In this document: one piece after another, positions 9,316 to 22,283 of the stretch
Numbering within the stretch: position 1 is the stretch's first letter
How the letters are laid out: each line of letters begins with the position of its first letter
Assembly: GCA_014905635.1 (NCBI GenBank)
Contig: JABVCE010000016.1
Coordinates: 124,001-188,000 of the forward strand
Origin: Scenedesmus sp. PABB004
Lineage: Eukaryota
Direction: 5' to 3'
DNA: 64,000 nucleotides
Made by a program: the position numbers and the translations under genes
The notes under the pieces: generated by a model
The model's input: the letters and a program-made list of their open reading frames with translations, nothing else
Database searches by the model: none
What the model was told of the DNA's origin: nothing

Positions 9316-12300
9316 TCGCGCTGCCCGAGCGGCGGCCGCCGCTCGCGCCGCCGCCGCTAGGCGCGGCGCGGCCGCCGGGGCGGGGCACGTACACCTCCTG
9401 GTGCTTCACCGCGGCGACGTGGCGCGCAAAGTCCGCCGGGTGCTCGTGCTCATACTTGCAGCTGTGCCGCGCGGGGCAGGCGGCCAGGGTGGCGGCGACG
9501 GCGGCGGCGGGCGTCGCACGCGCCGGCGGCGCGCGCGCAGGGCTCGGGGCGCGGCGGCGGCGCGGCCCCGGGCGGCTCACCGGATCGAGCAGAAGCGGCT
9601 GCCGGCGTCCATGAGCTGGCGCTGGTCCACGACGCACCTGCGCGCGGCGTCGGCGGCGGCATGGCCTGAGCTGCGCGCCCCCGCCCCGCAGGAGGCGCCT
9701 CGCATGCTGGCGCGCGCCGCTGAGGCACCGCGCGCGCGCGGCGCGCCCCGCCCCGCGGTCACCTGCTGGGCATGACGACGCCCTTGGGCGGGCGCGGCTG
9801 CGGGCGGGGGCGCAGGAAGAGCACCTGCGCGCCGTTGATGACGTACGGCTGCACGCCTGGGAGAGAGAGCGGCGGCGGACGACGCGCGGCGGCGCGCACG
9901 GCAGAGGCGGACGCGCGTCAGGGCGTGCGCGCGGCGCGCGGCGGGCACAGAGCGCGCGCCTGCCGCTGCAGGCGCCCGCGCGGCCGCGGCGTGTGGGGTT
10001 TAGGGCGCCGCGCCGCACCCCTGACGTCGAGCAGCGCCTGGGCCTGGTCGGCCTTGAGCACCTCATGGTAGGTGGACCGGCGCACCTGGGCGCGCGTGAG
10101 TGTGTGCGCGCGTGGGTGTGTGATGGGTGAGTTGTGCACGGCGCGAGGGCGAGCAGGGTGGGCGTGTGGGCTGCGCATGCCGGGGCTGACGCTGCGCGCG
10201 CGCCGGCCGCGGCGGCGCGCCGCGCGCGCGCGCCTGCACGACGCGGTGGCCCGCGCGGCCCGGCGCCGCCGAGCACTGCTGGCACATCGCGCCGGCCGCG
10301 GGGTCCTGGGGCGGCGGCGGTGGCGGAGGCCGACGTCAGCGGCGCCAGGCCGCCGCACGCGCGCGCGACGGGGCAAACGCTGCGGCGGCGTCAGCCCAGG
10401 CGGGCCGCGCGCAGCGCCGTGGGCGACCCCCGCCGCACCTGCAGGTCGAAGAATGTGGCCGTGCAGTCGCGCCCTGGCGGCGCAGCGGCGGCGGCAGCAT
10501 GAGCGCGGGCGCAGCGCGGCGCCCGCGGGCGCTAGCGCCGCGCCGCGCCGCGCTCAGCGGGCAGGGAGCCTCGGCGGCGCGCCGCGCACCCGCGTGGCCG
10601 CTGCAGTGCGTGCAGGGCTTGAAGAAGCCCCGCGTCGTGGTCAGGTGGTACAGCCAGCGCAGCTTGCCCCGCAGCGCCAGCAGCGGCGCGCCGGCGGCCT
10701 CGCCTGCCTCGTCGCCCTCGGCGCCGGCGCCGTCCTCCTGCGCGCCGTCGCCCGCCGCCTCCTCGTGCGCGCTGCCGCCCGCCACCGCCGCAGCCGCCGC
10801 CGCCGCGGCGCCGGGGTCGTCGTCGTCCTGCTCTGCCGCCGGCAGCTGCGCGGCCGGCGGTGCGGCGCGCCTGCGGTTGCGGCCGCGGCTGCGGCCGCGC
10901 CCGGCGGCGCCCTCGGCTGCCGGCGCGTCGGCCGGCGCCGCCTGGCCGCCCCCGGGCGCGGCGGTCGCGCCCTGCTCGGCGCTGCTCGCCTGCGGCGCGC
11001 GCTGCTGCGCCGCGCCAGCGCGGCCCCACTGCTCGCCCTTGCGCCCGCCGCTGCCGCCCTTCTCCGGCGTGTCCGTGCTGGGGCTGGCCTTGCCCCCGCC
11101 GCTGCCGCGCGCCGCGCCGCCGGGCTCGCGGCCGCCCGCGGCGCCGCGCGGCGCCACCGGCGAGCCCGGCGGCGGCCCGGCGCGCTCGGGGCGCGGCGCC
11201 GCGCCGGCCGGGTGGTCCTCCAGCTTGAGCGTTGGCTCCAGCTTGACGCCGGCGGGCGCGCCCGCGGGCTCATCGGTCTCGCCAGCGAGCGCGCCTGGCA
11301 CCGCGCTGCGCGGCGCCTCGTCGCCCGGCGCCGGCTGCCCCGGCGGCGCCTGCGCCGGCCGGTGGAAGGCGCTGCCGGGGCTGCCGCCCAGGGAGCCGTG
11401 CGAGGCGGCGCTGCAGCGGCCGCTGCGCGGCGCCGCCGCGTCGCCGTTGCTGCCGGGCACGCCGGCGGGGGCCGGCACGAACAGCGGCAGCGCGGGCTGC
11501 GCGGCCCCTGCGGCAACGGCCGATGCGACGGCCGCCACAGCCGCCGCGGCCGCCGCGGCCGCCTGGCACCCCGGGCGCCGGTCAAGGTCGGTCCCCGGGC
11601 CGCCCGGCGGCGCCAGCTCAGGCGGCGCCGCGGCCGGGTGCGCCAGCAGCGCAGCGTGGGTGGGCGAGTCGGGGCGGTCTGCCCAGAAGTGGCTCGGGCT
11701 GCGCTCCGGCTCCATGGCGGCCGGCAGCGCCGCGAGCGCGTGCCCCAGCTGCAGCTGCCCCGCCGCCGCGGCGGGCGCCGCGGCGGGCGCCGGGCCGCCG
11801 CCGCCGGCGACCGGCAGCGCCAGCGCGCCGAGCAGGCCGGCGCGCGCCGCGGCCGCCGCGTGGGGCGTGGGCTTGAGCAGCGCCACGACCCCAGCTAGAG
11901 AGCCGCCCAGCAGCGGCGCAAGGCCGCCGCCTGCGCCGCCCGCCGGCGCGAGCGCCGCGCCCGGCAGCGGGTGCGTCGGCGTGAGCATTGGCAGCAGGCC
12001 GCCGCCGCCGGTGGCGCCGCGCACGGGGGAGGCGGCGGGGTGGTCGCGCTGCAGCGCGCCCTGCAGCAGGCCCTCCATGCTGGCGCTGAGCGGCGCCGGC
12101 GGGCGCGCGTGCGGCCCCGCCAGCCCGCCCGCCGCGCCCAGGCCCGGCGGCAGGGCCGCGGGTGGCGCGCCGGGCGACAGCAGGCCGCCGTGCAGCGCGG
12201 CGCCTGGCGGCGGGGCGCGGCGACGGCCGGCGGCGGCGGCGGGTCGTGGGTGGTGATTGTGTGCGCGCGCGTGCAGACGCGCGAGCAGCAGAGCACGCGC

Positions 12301-12563
12301 GCGCGCGCGCGCCCCTGCGCAGCATGCGCACCTGCCGCGCCCTCGTTCGCCGTCGCGGCGGGCGGCAGCGCGAACGCCGGCGGCAGCGCCAGGTGCTGGT
12401 CGTCCATCAGCGCGAAGTCGGGCAGCGGGCTGGGGAAGCCGCCCACGGCCAGCGCCGGCGCCGGCGCGCGCGCAGCCGCGCCAGGCTGCGCGGCGCCGTC
12501 GTCGCCCGCGCCGTCCGCGGCGCCGCCGCGCCGCTCCAGCGGCAGGTATGTCGTGGGGAACAT
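6222..12563 (-). CDS. PLATZ zinc-binding transcription factor with long low-complexity arms
   Basis: Spliced exons give WLYHLTTTRGFFKPCTHC..TFFDLQ|DP..MCQQC..HRVVQ|VRRSTYHEVL..LLDVRG|VQPYVINGAQVLFLRPRPQPRPPKG..|CVVDQRQLMDAGSRFCSIR|CK, typical PLATZ motifs. Confidence 0.9.
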
Positions 12564-13142
12564 GGAGCGCCGCGACCGGGCCGGCGATCGGGCCGCGGCG
12601 GCGGGCGTGCGGCGCGCGGCGCCGCTCGCGCCGCTCGCGCCCGCTCGCGCCGCCGATCCCGCGCCCGCGCCGCCCGCCGCGCGGCGCGTGGAGGCGTACG
12701 GCGATGCGGTGGCTCGCGTGGGCTGGGCGCCGGGGCGCGCGCTGCCCCGCGCGTTCGAGCTGGAGGTCGCGCCGATGCGCGACGCGCCGCGTGGCCGCGT
12801 GGCCGCGCGCGCCGCTGCGTGGGCGCGGAGTGCGGTGGTGGAACCGGCAACGAGCGGCGTCGACTTGCCGAGCGGCCGCGCGGCGCGCACGAAAAACCGC
12901 CGCCGCGCTCGAAAAGCGCCGAGCGCGAATCGTCCACGCACGCAGGCAGCACACGCGTTCATGCAGGCTTCCCCCAGCTGGCTATGATCAGGCAGCAGAC
13001 GAAATCCGGTGCCCACGCGCCGCGCGGGCGCGCGCGGGTCGTCTCGCGCGCGCGCGTGCGCGCGCGGCGCGCGTCCGAAAAGAAATCCCTGCAGGCCTGG
13101 CCCCATTCCTGCCACCCTGGCCCCCAGGCCTGGCCCCAGAGC

Positions 13143-14582
13143 TCAGCAGGCGCAGGCGGCGCCCGCGGCGCAGCCAAAGTCCTGCGCAAAGTAGAGGCGG
13201 CCCGCGCCGTCGCGCGCCACGCCGGTGCCGACCGAGTTGAGCTTGCAGTTCATGATGTTGGCGCGATGCCCGGCGGAGCACATCCAGTCGAGCGTCACCG
13301 CGCGCGCGCTGCCCTGGCCGCCGGCCACGTTCTCGGCCTGCGGGAAGCCGGTGAAGCCGGCGTCGGCGATGCGCGAGGCAAAGTCCGAGCCGTCGGCGCC
13401 GTCGTGCGTGACGCGGCGCATGCTGTGCGCGCGCAGGGGCGGCGGTGGCGCGGCGCGGCGGCATCAGCCCACGCGGCGGTGCGTGCCGTCGTCCCGCCCA
13501 GCGCGCGGGCACGCGCGGGCGTGCGCGGCGCGGCGACCGACCTGGCCATGCCGTCGGCCTGGCGCTGCGCCGCGGCCCGCAGCTCGCGGCTCGCCCGCAG
13601 CGGCGGGCGGCGCGGGCTCGCCACGTCGGCGAGCCAGGCGGACGCGTCGCAGGGATAAATGTCGGTGAACGCGCGGGGGTCGACGCGAACGGCGTTGATG
13701 CAGAGCAGCACAGCCTCGGGCGAGGACTCGGCCGCGCTGCACGCGGCCTCGCCGCCCGGCGCGGGCGCGGGCGCGGGCGTGGCGGGCGCGGGCACGGCGG
13801 GCGTCGGCGCGGCCGGGGCGGCCGCCGGGCCAGCCGGGGCAGGGTCGGACGCCGCGGCCGGCTGCGCGGGCGCGGGCGGGTCTGCGGGGCGGCAGAGCGG
13901 CGGCGAGGGAGGGGCAGCGTTGGCGCGCGCGCGTGCGCGGCGCTGACCGCTTCACTCTGGCGGCCTTGCGCCGCAGCCGCGCACCCGCGGGCGACGACGG
14001 CTGGCCGGCCGGCGGCGGCGGGACGGGCAGGCCCTGCAGGGCCACCGAGCGCTGCAGCGCTAGCGCTGGCAGGTTGCCGGCGAGGTCGGCGAACTTGGGG
14101 AGGTCAATCTCCGGCAGGCCGGCCGCGAGGCGGTCGCGCAGCGCCTCGGCGTCGCGCAGGGCCGTGGCCGCCGCGGGCGAGTCCTCCGGCACGGCAGGCG
14201 CGGGCGGCGGGGGCGCCGGCGCGCGGCGGCGCGGCGCGCCCGCGGCGCTCGGCGCGACGACGATGGGCACGGGCCAGAGCACCGGCGTCGGCGCGCCCGG
14301 CAGCAGGTCCGCCAGGGCGCGCCTGAAGGGCGGCGGCGCCGCTAGAGCGGGCGCGGCGCGCGCCGCGCCGGCCTGCAGCGGGACCGGGGCGGCGCGCGCG
14401 TGGGCGCGGCGGGGCCGCAAGAGCACCGTGCGCGCCTCCGCGCGCGAGGGCGGGCGCTGGGCGGCGCGGCGCGACGGCGCGGGCCGGTCAATGCCCGCTG
14501 CGCACGCGCCGCGCCGCTCCACGCCGCGGGCATCCCGGCTCACCACAAACAGCGTCACAAGAAGCATCAGTGCGGCCTTCAT
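13143..14582 (-). CDS. Secreted CAP (SCP/PR-1/YkwD-like) domain protein with Pro-rich linker
   Basis: Signal peptide MKAALMLLVTLFV; INAVR...AAQRQADGMA...HDGADGS...AENVA...WMCSAGHRANIM...VGTG...YFAQDFG. Confidence 0.9.
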
Positions 14583-14932
14583 GGTGGGAGAAGCTCGGAG
14601 GTTGTCGGAGCACTCGGGGGCTAGGCGCGAGCGCTCGGCGCCGCCTGCTGCTCCGTCGCTCGCTGGGCGCGCCGCAGGGCGGGATGGCTGGTCCGATGGC
14701 GAGCGCCCTCATGCAATGCGCGCCAGGGCCGCGCCGGCACACGCGTTTTCCCATTTCGCGCTCGGCAGTTCGACGGACGCGGCAGGCGGCCGGGCGGCGC
14801 GACGGCGGCGCTGACGGCGGCGTGCTGCACAGCAGCTCAGAGCCAGTCGTTGTCCCCTGAAAGCGCAGCCGCAGCCGCCCCCGCACCACCGGCCGGCGCC
14901 GCCGCGCCCAACCGACTCGCGCGTTTGAAGAA

Positions 14933-16786
14933 ATGCGCGCCCCCGTGCTGCTCGCGGCGCTGCTGGCGGCCGGCGCCGCGGCGCAGGGCCCCAGGGCGCG
15001 TCGTGCGCGGCGGGCGCCTGCGCCGACGCCGCAGCGCCGCCCGCCCCGGCGGCCGCGAGCCCGCTGCACGCCAGCGACGCCTTCCTGGACGACCCCGTGC
15101 TGCAGCAGTCCCTGATCCAGGTGCGGAGGCCATCGGGTGCAACGCGCCCGCGCCGCGCGCAGCCTTGGCTCGCAACCGCCGCCAACCGCCAGTCTCGCGC
15201 GCGCGCGGGCTGGTCGGCGCGCGGGCTGGTCGGCGCCCGCCGCCGACCGCCGCTCCCCGCCGCCCGCCGCAGTACCTGGACGACACCCAGCCCACCAACG
15301 AGCTGGGCGTGGTGCTGGTGCCCGCGCCGGAGTCGCTCTTCGCGAAGCTCCGGTCCGCGCTGGCCGGCCTCGGCGCGCCGTCGGCCAACCCCGGGCGCTT
15401 TGAGCAGCTCTCGGCCGCCGCGTTTGCGGGCGGCCGCGGCGCGCTGCCGGGCAAGGTCGTGGTGGACGGGCACAAGGGCTGCCACCGGGACTTTGAGGTC
15501 GACAGGCGCGCCGCCGCCGCCGCCGCGCCGGCCGGGCGCCGCGTCGGTCGGGCGCCGCCGCCCGCCGCGCGGGAGACGCGCTGCCGCCCGGCGCGCTGGC
15601 CAGCAAGGCCGCGCAACTACTGGCGCCAGCTCTCCGCGCTGCCCGTCCGTCCGCGCGCGCCGACCGTGACCCCGCTCCCCGCCGCCCCCCTGCAGCGGCT
15701 TTGGCGTGGCCAACGTGCTCGGCCCCACCGCCGGCCGCGTGGGCATCCTCTACCTCAGCGGCGAGGGCGAGTTCGTGCTGCGCGACGAGGCGACCGGCGC
15801 GGAGGCGCGCGAGGCGGTGCGGCCGCCGCATGCGCGCGCGCGCGCGCGCGCCGCCGTCGGGGGCCTGCCGCTCCGCGCGCCGCGCCCCGCGCGGCGCCGA
15901 GCCGCCGCCGGCGCCGCGCGCCGCCACAGATCCGGCCCGGCCGCTTCCTGTCGTGGGCCAACACCGGCAACGCGCACTGCGTCGTCACCGACAGCGCCGC
16001 GCCGCGCCGCTTCATCGGGCCGTTTGTGCTGGACGCGGCCAAGGCGGGCCTCATCCCCGTGGTGGACATCCTGGTGCGGCGGCGCCGCGGCAGCACCGGG
16101 GGCGGGTGCACTACACGCGCGGGGTTCAAGAGTTAAGGGTTTGACGGGACACGCCTGCCCTCTCCCGGGTGCTGGGAGGGTGGGCGCTGGCTGAGACTCG
16201 CGCCCGCCGCCGCCCGCCGCCGCCCGCCGCCGGCGCAGCTGCCCGGCCCCACGGTGACGCCGTGCAGCGCGGCGGGTGCATGCGCCGGCAACGCGACGTG
16301 CGTCGACGGGCTCTGCTGCACGCGCGCGGGCGAGCCCTTGACCCCGCTCATGTGCTGCCCCGGCGCGCTGCGCTTCGACCCTGTGGGAAAGTGTTGCTAC
16401 CCTATCGGCGCCGCCGCGTCCAGCGCGAGCCAGTGTTGCACCGGCAAGATGGTGGAGAATACCTGCGCCCCGCCCACCCAAGTCTGTGTCTCTGTCTCTG
16501 TCTCTGTCTGCGCGCGCGCGGGCGGGCGGGAGACAGAAAGACAGGCGGCAGCGCCCCGCCGGCGCCCGCGGCCGCTGACGCCGCCCCGCCGCCCCGCCCC
16601 GCGCCGCCGTGCGCCGGCGCGCGCGCGCAGCCGCGCTGCATGTCTGCGTGCAAGAACGACGCGCACGACTACGCGGCCTGGGCGCGCGGCCGCTGCCGCT
16701 CGGGCACGTGCGAGGAGTTTGCCGCCGCCGCCGAGCACAACTACCTGGCCTTTTGTGCCGCCGCGGGCCTGCCCAAGAAATGCTGA
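14933..16786 (+). CDS. Secreted protein with a 2OG-Fe(II)-oxygenase-like core and Cys-rich C-terminus
   Basis: Signal peptide MRAPVLLAALLAAG; spliced HRD...GILYLSGEGEF...IRPGRFLSW...AHCV...PRRF; two Cys-rich terminal exons ending GLPKKC*. Confidence 0.65.
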
Positions 16787-17087
16787 GCCTGCCGCGCAGG
16801 GGGCGCCGACGGGCGGGCGGGCAGGGCCGTCCGCCGCCGACGCGCTGAGCCTGCGGACCGGCCAGGCGCGGCGCGAGCGAACGTTCCTCCACCGCACCTG
16901 GAGTTGGTGTTGATTAAAATTTCAGCGAGAACCCAGCGCTGACAAGAAGAACCCTGTTGTGCTGGGTGCACTGAACACTCGGCTGGCCCGTGTTGCACAC
17001 TTGACCTGGCGCCCAGGCGGGCCGCACGGGGCACGCGCATCCCTGCATCGGAGGCGCGGCGATTGCTGGCCCAAGAGCGAGCGAGGG

Positions 17088-19633
17088 TTACGGTCGACCC
17101 CCGCCGCCGCGCCCGCCGCCCCCGGCCAGCAGCGGCGCGAGGGCCACGCTCAGCGCAGCGACACTGAAGCCGATGCCCAGGCCAGCGATCGCCAGCGGCA
17201 GCGCGCACTCGAGCACCGCCTCGGCCGCGCCGCCGCCGGCCCCCGCCGCCGCGCGCGTCAGCAGCGGCGCCTCGAGCGCGCCGCCCTCCTCCGCGACCGC
17301 CTGCAGCGCCGCCTTGCGCGCGCGCCGCCGCTGCGCATACATCTGGAGCTGGATGTAAACCGGGATGACATAACACACCTGCGCACACACGCAGGCACAC
17401 ATGCGGCGCGGCGGCGGCGGCGCTTGCCGACAGCCAGGCCCCGCGCGGCGGGCGTGCGGGCACACGCGCCGCCCCGCCGGCGCGCGCACCAGGCAGACGG
17501 CCGTCGCGCCGACGACGGCGTAGATCTTCTCAGCCTGGTCCGGCACCAGCAGCGCGACCGTGAGGCTGCTGCCGACCGTCAGCGCCGTCCACGCGACCTG
17601 AACGCGCGCCGCAGCGCCCGGGGCGGCGCGCGCTCAGCCGGCGCGCAGCGCGCCGCAGCGCCGCCGACTGCGCCGCCGCGCCGCCGCGCCTGGCGCCGCC
17701 AGGTGAAGGGCGCGCCCTCGCCAAAGACCATGAGGTCGAGGCTCGCGCGCAGCGCAAACTGCGGCGCCCGCCGCGCCGGTCGGCCGCGTCGGTCGTGCCG
17801 GGACGCGCGCGCGGCCCGGCCCGCGCCACGCGCGCCGCGCGCGCCGCGCGTGCTGCGCGTGCCGCGCGTGCTGCGCGTGCTGTGGCGCCCGCACGCCCCG
17901 CGGCCGCGCCTGCGTGGTGGTCATGCCGAGTGCGAGGTACAGGAGCATGAGCCCGTACAGCACCGCGGTCGCGGGCGCGCCGGACACGAGGGCGTTGGTC
18001 ATGATGTTGCCGGCGGTGGCGCGGCCAAACAGCGACGCGCCCGTCACGCCCATGGCCGCGTACACGCACAGCGCGACGCCTGGCACGGTGCGGGGCGTCG
18101 GGGTGCAGTCGGCGTGCAGGGCGTGCGCGGGCGGGGCAGCGCGCGGGCGCGCGGGCGGGCGGGCGGCGGGCGGGCGCGCGGGGCGCCGCCGCACCGTAGA
18201 GCGTCGTGGTGACCGCGCGCTCCATCACGCGCACGCCGGCGGGGCCCTCGGGCATCTCCCGCAGCAGCGGCATCATCATCGGCTACGCGGCGCGGTCGGC
18301 GGCGCGGCGGGGCGGGGTCGGCAGCGCGGCGCAGCGCGGTCGGCGGCGCGACGCGGCGTGGTCGGCGGCGCGGCTGAGGCCTCGCCGCCTCGCCGCCTAG
18401 CACAAAGAGGGGTTAATACAGCCTAGATCAGAGAGGCCCCATCAAACCACAGGCCCACCTGCATGTAGAAGGCGTAGCCGACGATGGAGAAGGCCTCGGG
18501 CAGGTGCCCGTCCACGCGCAGGCTCCACAGCGGCAGCTCGCCGCTCGCGATCGCTGGGAATCCCTGCCGCGCCGCCTCGGCGCCGAGCAGGGCGATCAGC
18601 GCCACCACCAGCACCACGCCCGCGGCCGCGGCGCGCTCGAGCTGCGCGCGCGACGGCGGCGGCGGCGGCGGCGGCGCGGCGGCGGCTGGGCACGCGCGCG
18701 CGCCATCCGCCCGCGCCAGGCGCTCCGGCGCCCGCGCCGGGTGCGCACCTCGCGCATGTGGCGCTTGAGGCAGAGCGGAAAGAGCACGCCCAGCGCAACC
18801 GCCGACATGCAGGTGCGGCCCGTGAGCCACGGCGGCGCGGCGCCGCCGCGGGCCTCCGCGAGGCGCGCCGCGAGCATGCCGCCGACGTCGGAGATGAGCG
18901 CGAGCCCCCCGCACATCGTGCCCCATAGCAGCGCGACGAGGCTGGCCTGCGTGAAGGCCTGCGCGGCGGCGGCGTGTGCCGGCGTGGCGCGCCGGGCGCT
19001 GTCGCCGGGGCGCGCAGCGGGCGCACGGCGCCAGCGTGCCGGCGCGGCGCAGCCGCCCGGGCGCGGCGCCCCTGGCCGGCCGGCGCGCACCTTCCAGCGC
19101 GGCCCGCCCGCCCACTCCGCGAGCGACTCGTACGTCGGCTTGCCGGTCGCGGCCGCGGCGCGGATGAGCATGCATGAGGTGGACGCGTTGGCCCACGCGA
19201 CCTGCACGTGCGGGCAGGGCGCGGCGCGCTGGGCGCGCTGGGCGCGCTGGGCGCGCTGGGCGCGCCGCGCGGCCGCGACGCGCGCAGCGCCGCCCGCCGG
19301 CCGCGCGGCCGCGCGGCGCACCAGCAGCATTGTCAGGCACCCCACCAGCACGCCCGTCTTGGACATCGCAAAGGGGATGGGCAGGATCGAGCTGCGCGGC
19401 GCCAGCGCCGGCGGGCGGGCGGGTCGGCTGCCGGGGCGCGCGCCGGCGGCGCGCGCGCCGCAGCGTGCCGGGCGCGTGCCGGGCGCGGGCTGGCCCCCGC
19501 GCCTGCCGAGCACGCCGAGCGTGAGCGTGATGCAGGCCGAGACGTACGCCCGCCGCGCCGTGTCGCCCGCGCCAAAGGCGGCATCGGCGTCGTCCTCGAC
19601 CACGAACGACACCTCCGTGTCCGTCCGCCGCAT
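17088..19633 (-). CDS. Amino-acid transporter (Aa_trans, AVT6/SLC38-like)
   Basis: LG|SSILPIPFAMSKTGVLVG, TYESLAE, AFSIVGYAFYMQ, FGRATAGNIMTN, IYAVVGATA; many hydrophobic segments; start could lie further upstream. Confidence 0.9.
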
Positions 19634-20145
19634 TCCGCCGGTGGCGCTGGTGCCGGGGCGCTGGGCCCGCCGGCGGCGAGCGCCGGCGGCCCGAGCGCCG
19701 CAGCAGGCGGCGAGCGCCGCAGCAGCAGCAGCGGCCGGTGCCGCGGCCCGGCGCCGCCCTGGCCCCCGTGCTGCCGCCGCGGCGCGCGTGTGTCGAGCGC
19801 ACGAGCTCGCGCCCTCCGGCTCCGGGCAGTCAGCCGAGCCTCCCACTAGGCCGCCGCTGCTGCCGCTCGCGCCGCCGCTGCTGCCGCCGCCGCCACGTGC
19901 AGCTGTGGGCGCAGCGGGCTCGCGCCCTGTTCAGCGCGAGTTCGCCCGAGCGCGTGCGAGCTGCGCCGGGGTCTGCGGACGGCGCGGCGCGCGTCGCGGC
20001 TGGCAGCAGAAGGGTACGACGCGTGTTCGGAGACCGCTGCTCTGCCGTGCAGCCGAGCCAGCCTCAGCTCACCGCCGCCGCCCGCAACTCTGGCCGCCGC
20101 GCGCGCAACTCTGGACGACCACCCCTTGCGCTGTGCGCGCCCGCT

Positions 20146-21285
20146 TCAGCGCAGGTCGACGTCGAGCGCCGCGCCCGGCAGCGCCGCGCTGAGCCGCTCG
20201 ACGGCGCCCGCCGCGACGCGCCACGCGGCCGCGGCCGCCTGCGCCGCGTCCGGCCAGGCCAGCCCGGCGCCGGGCGGGGCGAGCTGCAGCCGCAGCGACA
20301 GCCGCGCCAGGCTCGGCAGCCGCGCGAGCTCCTCCACGAGCGCCGCGAGCTCGTGCTGCTGCACGCCCCGCGCGTCGAGCGAGAGAGACTTCAACCCCTT
20401 CAGCCGCAGCGCCGGCGTCGACGCGGCCGCCAGCGCGGCGGCGCAGACGTGCGCCGGGTGGCTCCTCACGTCGAGGCTCAGGAGGCAGCGCAGCGCGCCG
20501 AGGGCCGCCCAGTCGACCGCGGGCGGCGGGGCCGCCGCGCGCCCCGCCGCGGCAAAGGCCTTGTCGTCCACCAGGCTGAGCACCTGCAGCGCCGAACAGC
20601 ACTTCGCAATGAGGCGCAGCGTGTCAGGCTCGAGGTGCACGTTGGCGAGCTTGAGCGTGGCGAGCTGCGAGCACCTGCGCAGGCGGCGGCGGCGGCCGCG
20701 CGCGGGCTGAGCGCTCGCGGTCGGCAGCGGCGGCGGCGCGCGCGCGCGGCCGGGGCGGCGGCAGCGCGCACCGGTCGAGCGCGGGCAGCCTGAACGCGCG
20801 GGCCGACGCGCAGCGCTCCACCGACAGGTGGCGCAGGGCCGCGCAGGGCAGCGGCGTGCGGCTGCTCGCGAGCCCCACGTTGAACAGCCGCAGGCTCGTC
20901 AGGCCGGGCGGCAGGTCCTCGGCGTGCAGCTTGGTCGGGGCGATGGTGCCCTCCGCCGCGCCGCCCAGGGGCGGCCCGGCGCCGCCGCCCAGCTGGTGCA
21001 GCTGCGCCAGGCCTGGCTGGCCGCCGCCCAGCGCCGCCGCCGCCGCCGCGCCGGCGCCGCCGATCCCCACCTGCACCTGCCAGCCGGCATGGCGGCGACG
21101 TCGGCGCCCACCAGCTCGATCGCCGCGCCCGGCGAGTGAATGACCTGCAGGTCGCGCAGGCCCGGGCGCGCGGCCAGCGCGCGCCAGCTCTCGCGCGTGA
21201 GGTGGATCGCGCCCGACAGCGTGAGCGCCCGCAGCTGCGGAAGCGCAGGCCGGAGGGCCCGAGGCACGCTGGCGCCGCGGCCGTT

Positions 21286-21316
<31 letters not shown>

Positions 21317-22209
21317 TCAGCGTGCTCCAGCAGCACCGGCCTGATGCCGGCGTCGGTCAGGGGCGCGCCCCAGCTCACCAGCTCCAGCTCCCGCAGGCTC
21401 GCGCCCAGCTCGCGCAGCGGGCGCAGGCACGTGAGCCCCTTTGACGGGCCCGGGGCAAGCGCGCCCATCATCATGCCCAGCGGCGGCGGGCCAGCGCCGT
21501 CGCCCGGCGCCTCACCGCCCGCCGGCGGCGGCTGCGCCTGCTGCGCCTGCTGCGCCTGCTGCGCCTGCTGCGCCTGCTGCGCCTGCTGCGCCGCCTGCTG
21601 CGCCTGCTGCGCCGCCGCCTGCGCCGCTGCCTGCGCCGCCGCCTGCGCCGCCGCCTGCGTCACCACTGGCGCCTGGGCCTGCGCCGCCTGCAGTGCCTGC
21701 ACTGCCGCCGCAGCCGCCGCCGCCGCGGCCACGCCAAAGCCGGCGGCGTTGTGGCCCGCGATGCCCGCCGCTGCGGCCTGCCCGAGGCCCAGCACGTGCG
21801 CGCCAGGCTGCACGTGCGGCCCGGCCGCGCCGCCGGGGCCGGCCGCGGCGCCGGGCTGCTGCACCAAGTTCAACTCCAAGTTCACCTGAAACTGCTGGAA
21901 GGCCTGGTCCAGCTGGTGGCACTGAGGGCGCTGCAGCGTCAGCTTCAGCCTGCAGCGGCGGCGGCAACGCAGGGGGCGGGGGAGGCGCGTGAGCCACGGC
22001 GGCCCAGCCTTGAGCGGGAGCGCAGAGCCTGCGCGGGCCGCCCCAGCGGGGACACGCGCACACGCCGCGTGGCGCGCTCAATCACAGGCCCGGCCGCGCA
22101 CCGCGTGAGCTGGGTGAGCGCCGCGACCGCGGCCACCTGGTCTGACTCGCGCGCGACGGCCAGCTCCAGCGAGCGCAGCGCCGGCATGGCCTCGCTCAGC
22201 GCCTCCCCT

Positions 22210-22283
<74 letters not shown>

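Noticed and set aside
21532..21660. (CAGGCGCAG)n repeat in the F-box/LRR gene
   Set aside because: Ordinary Gln/Ala coding repeat, common in green algal proteins
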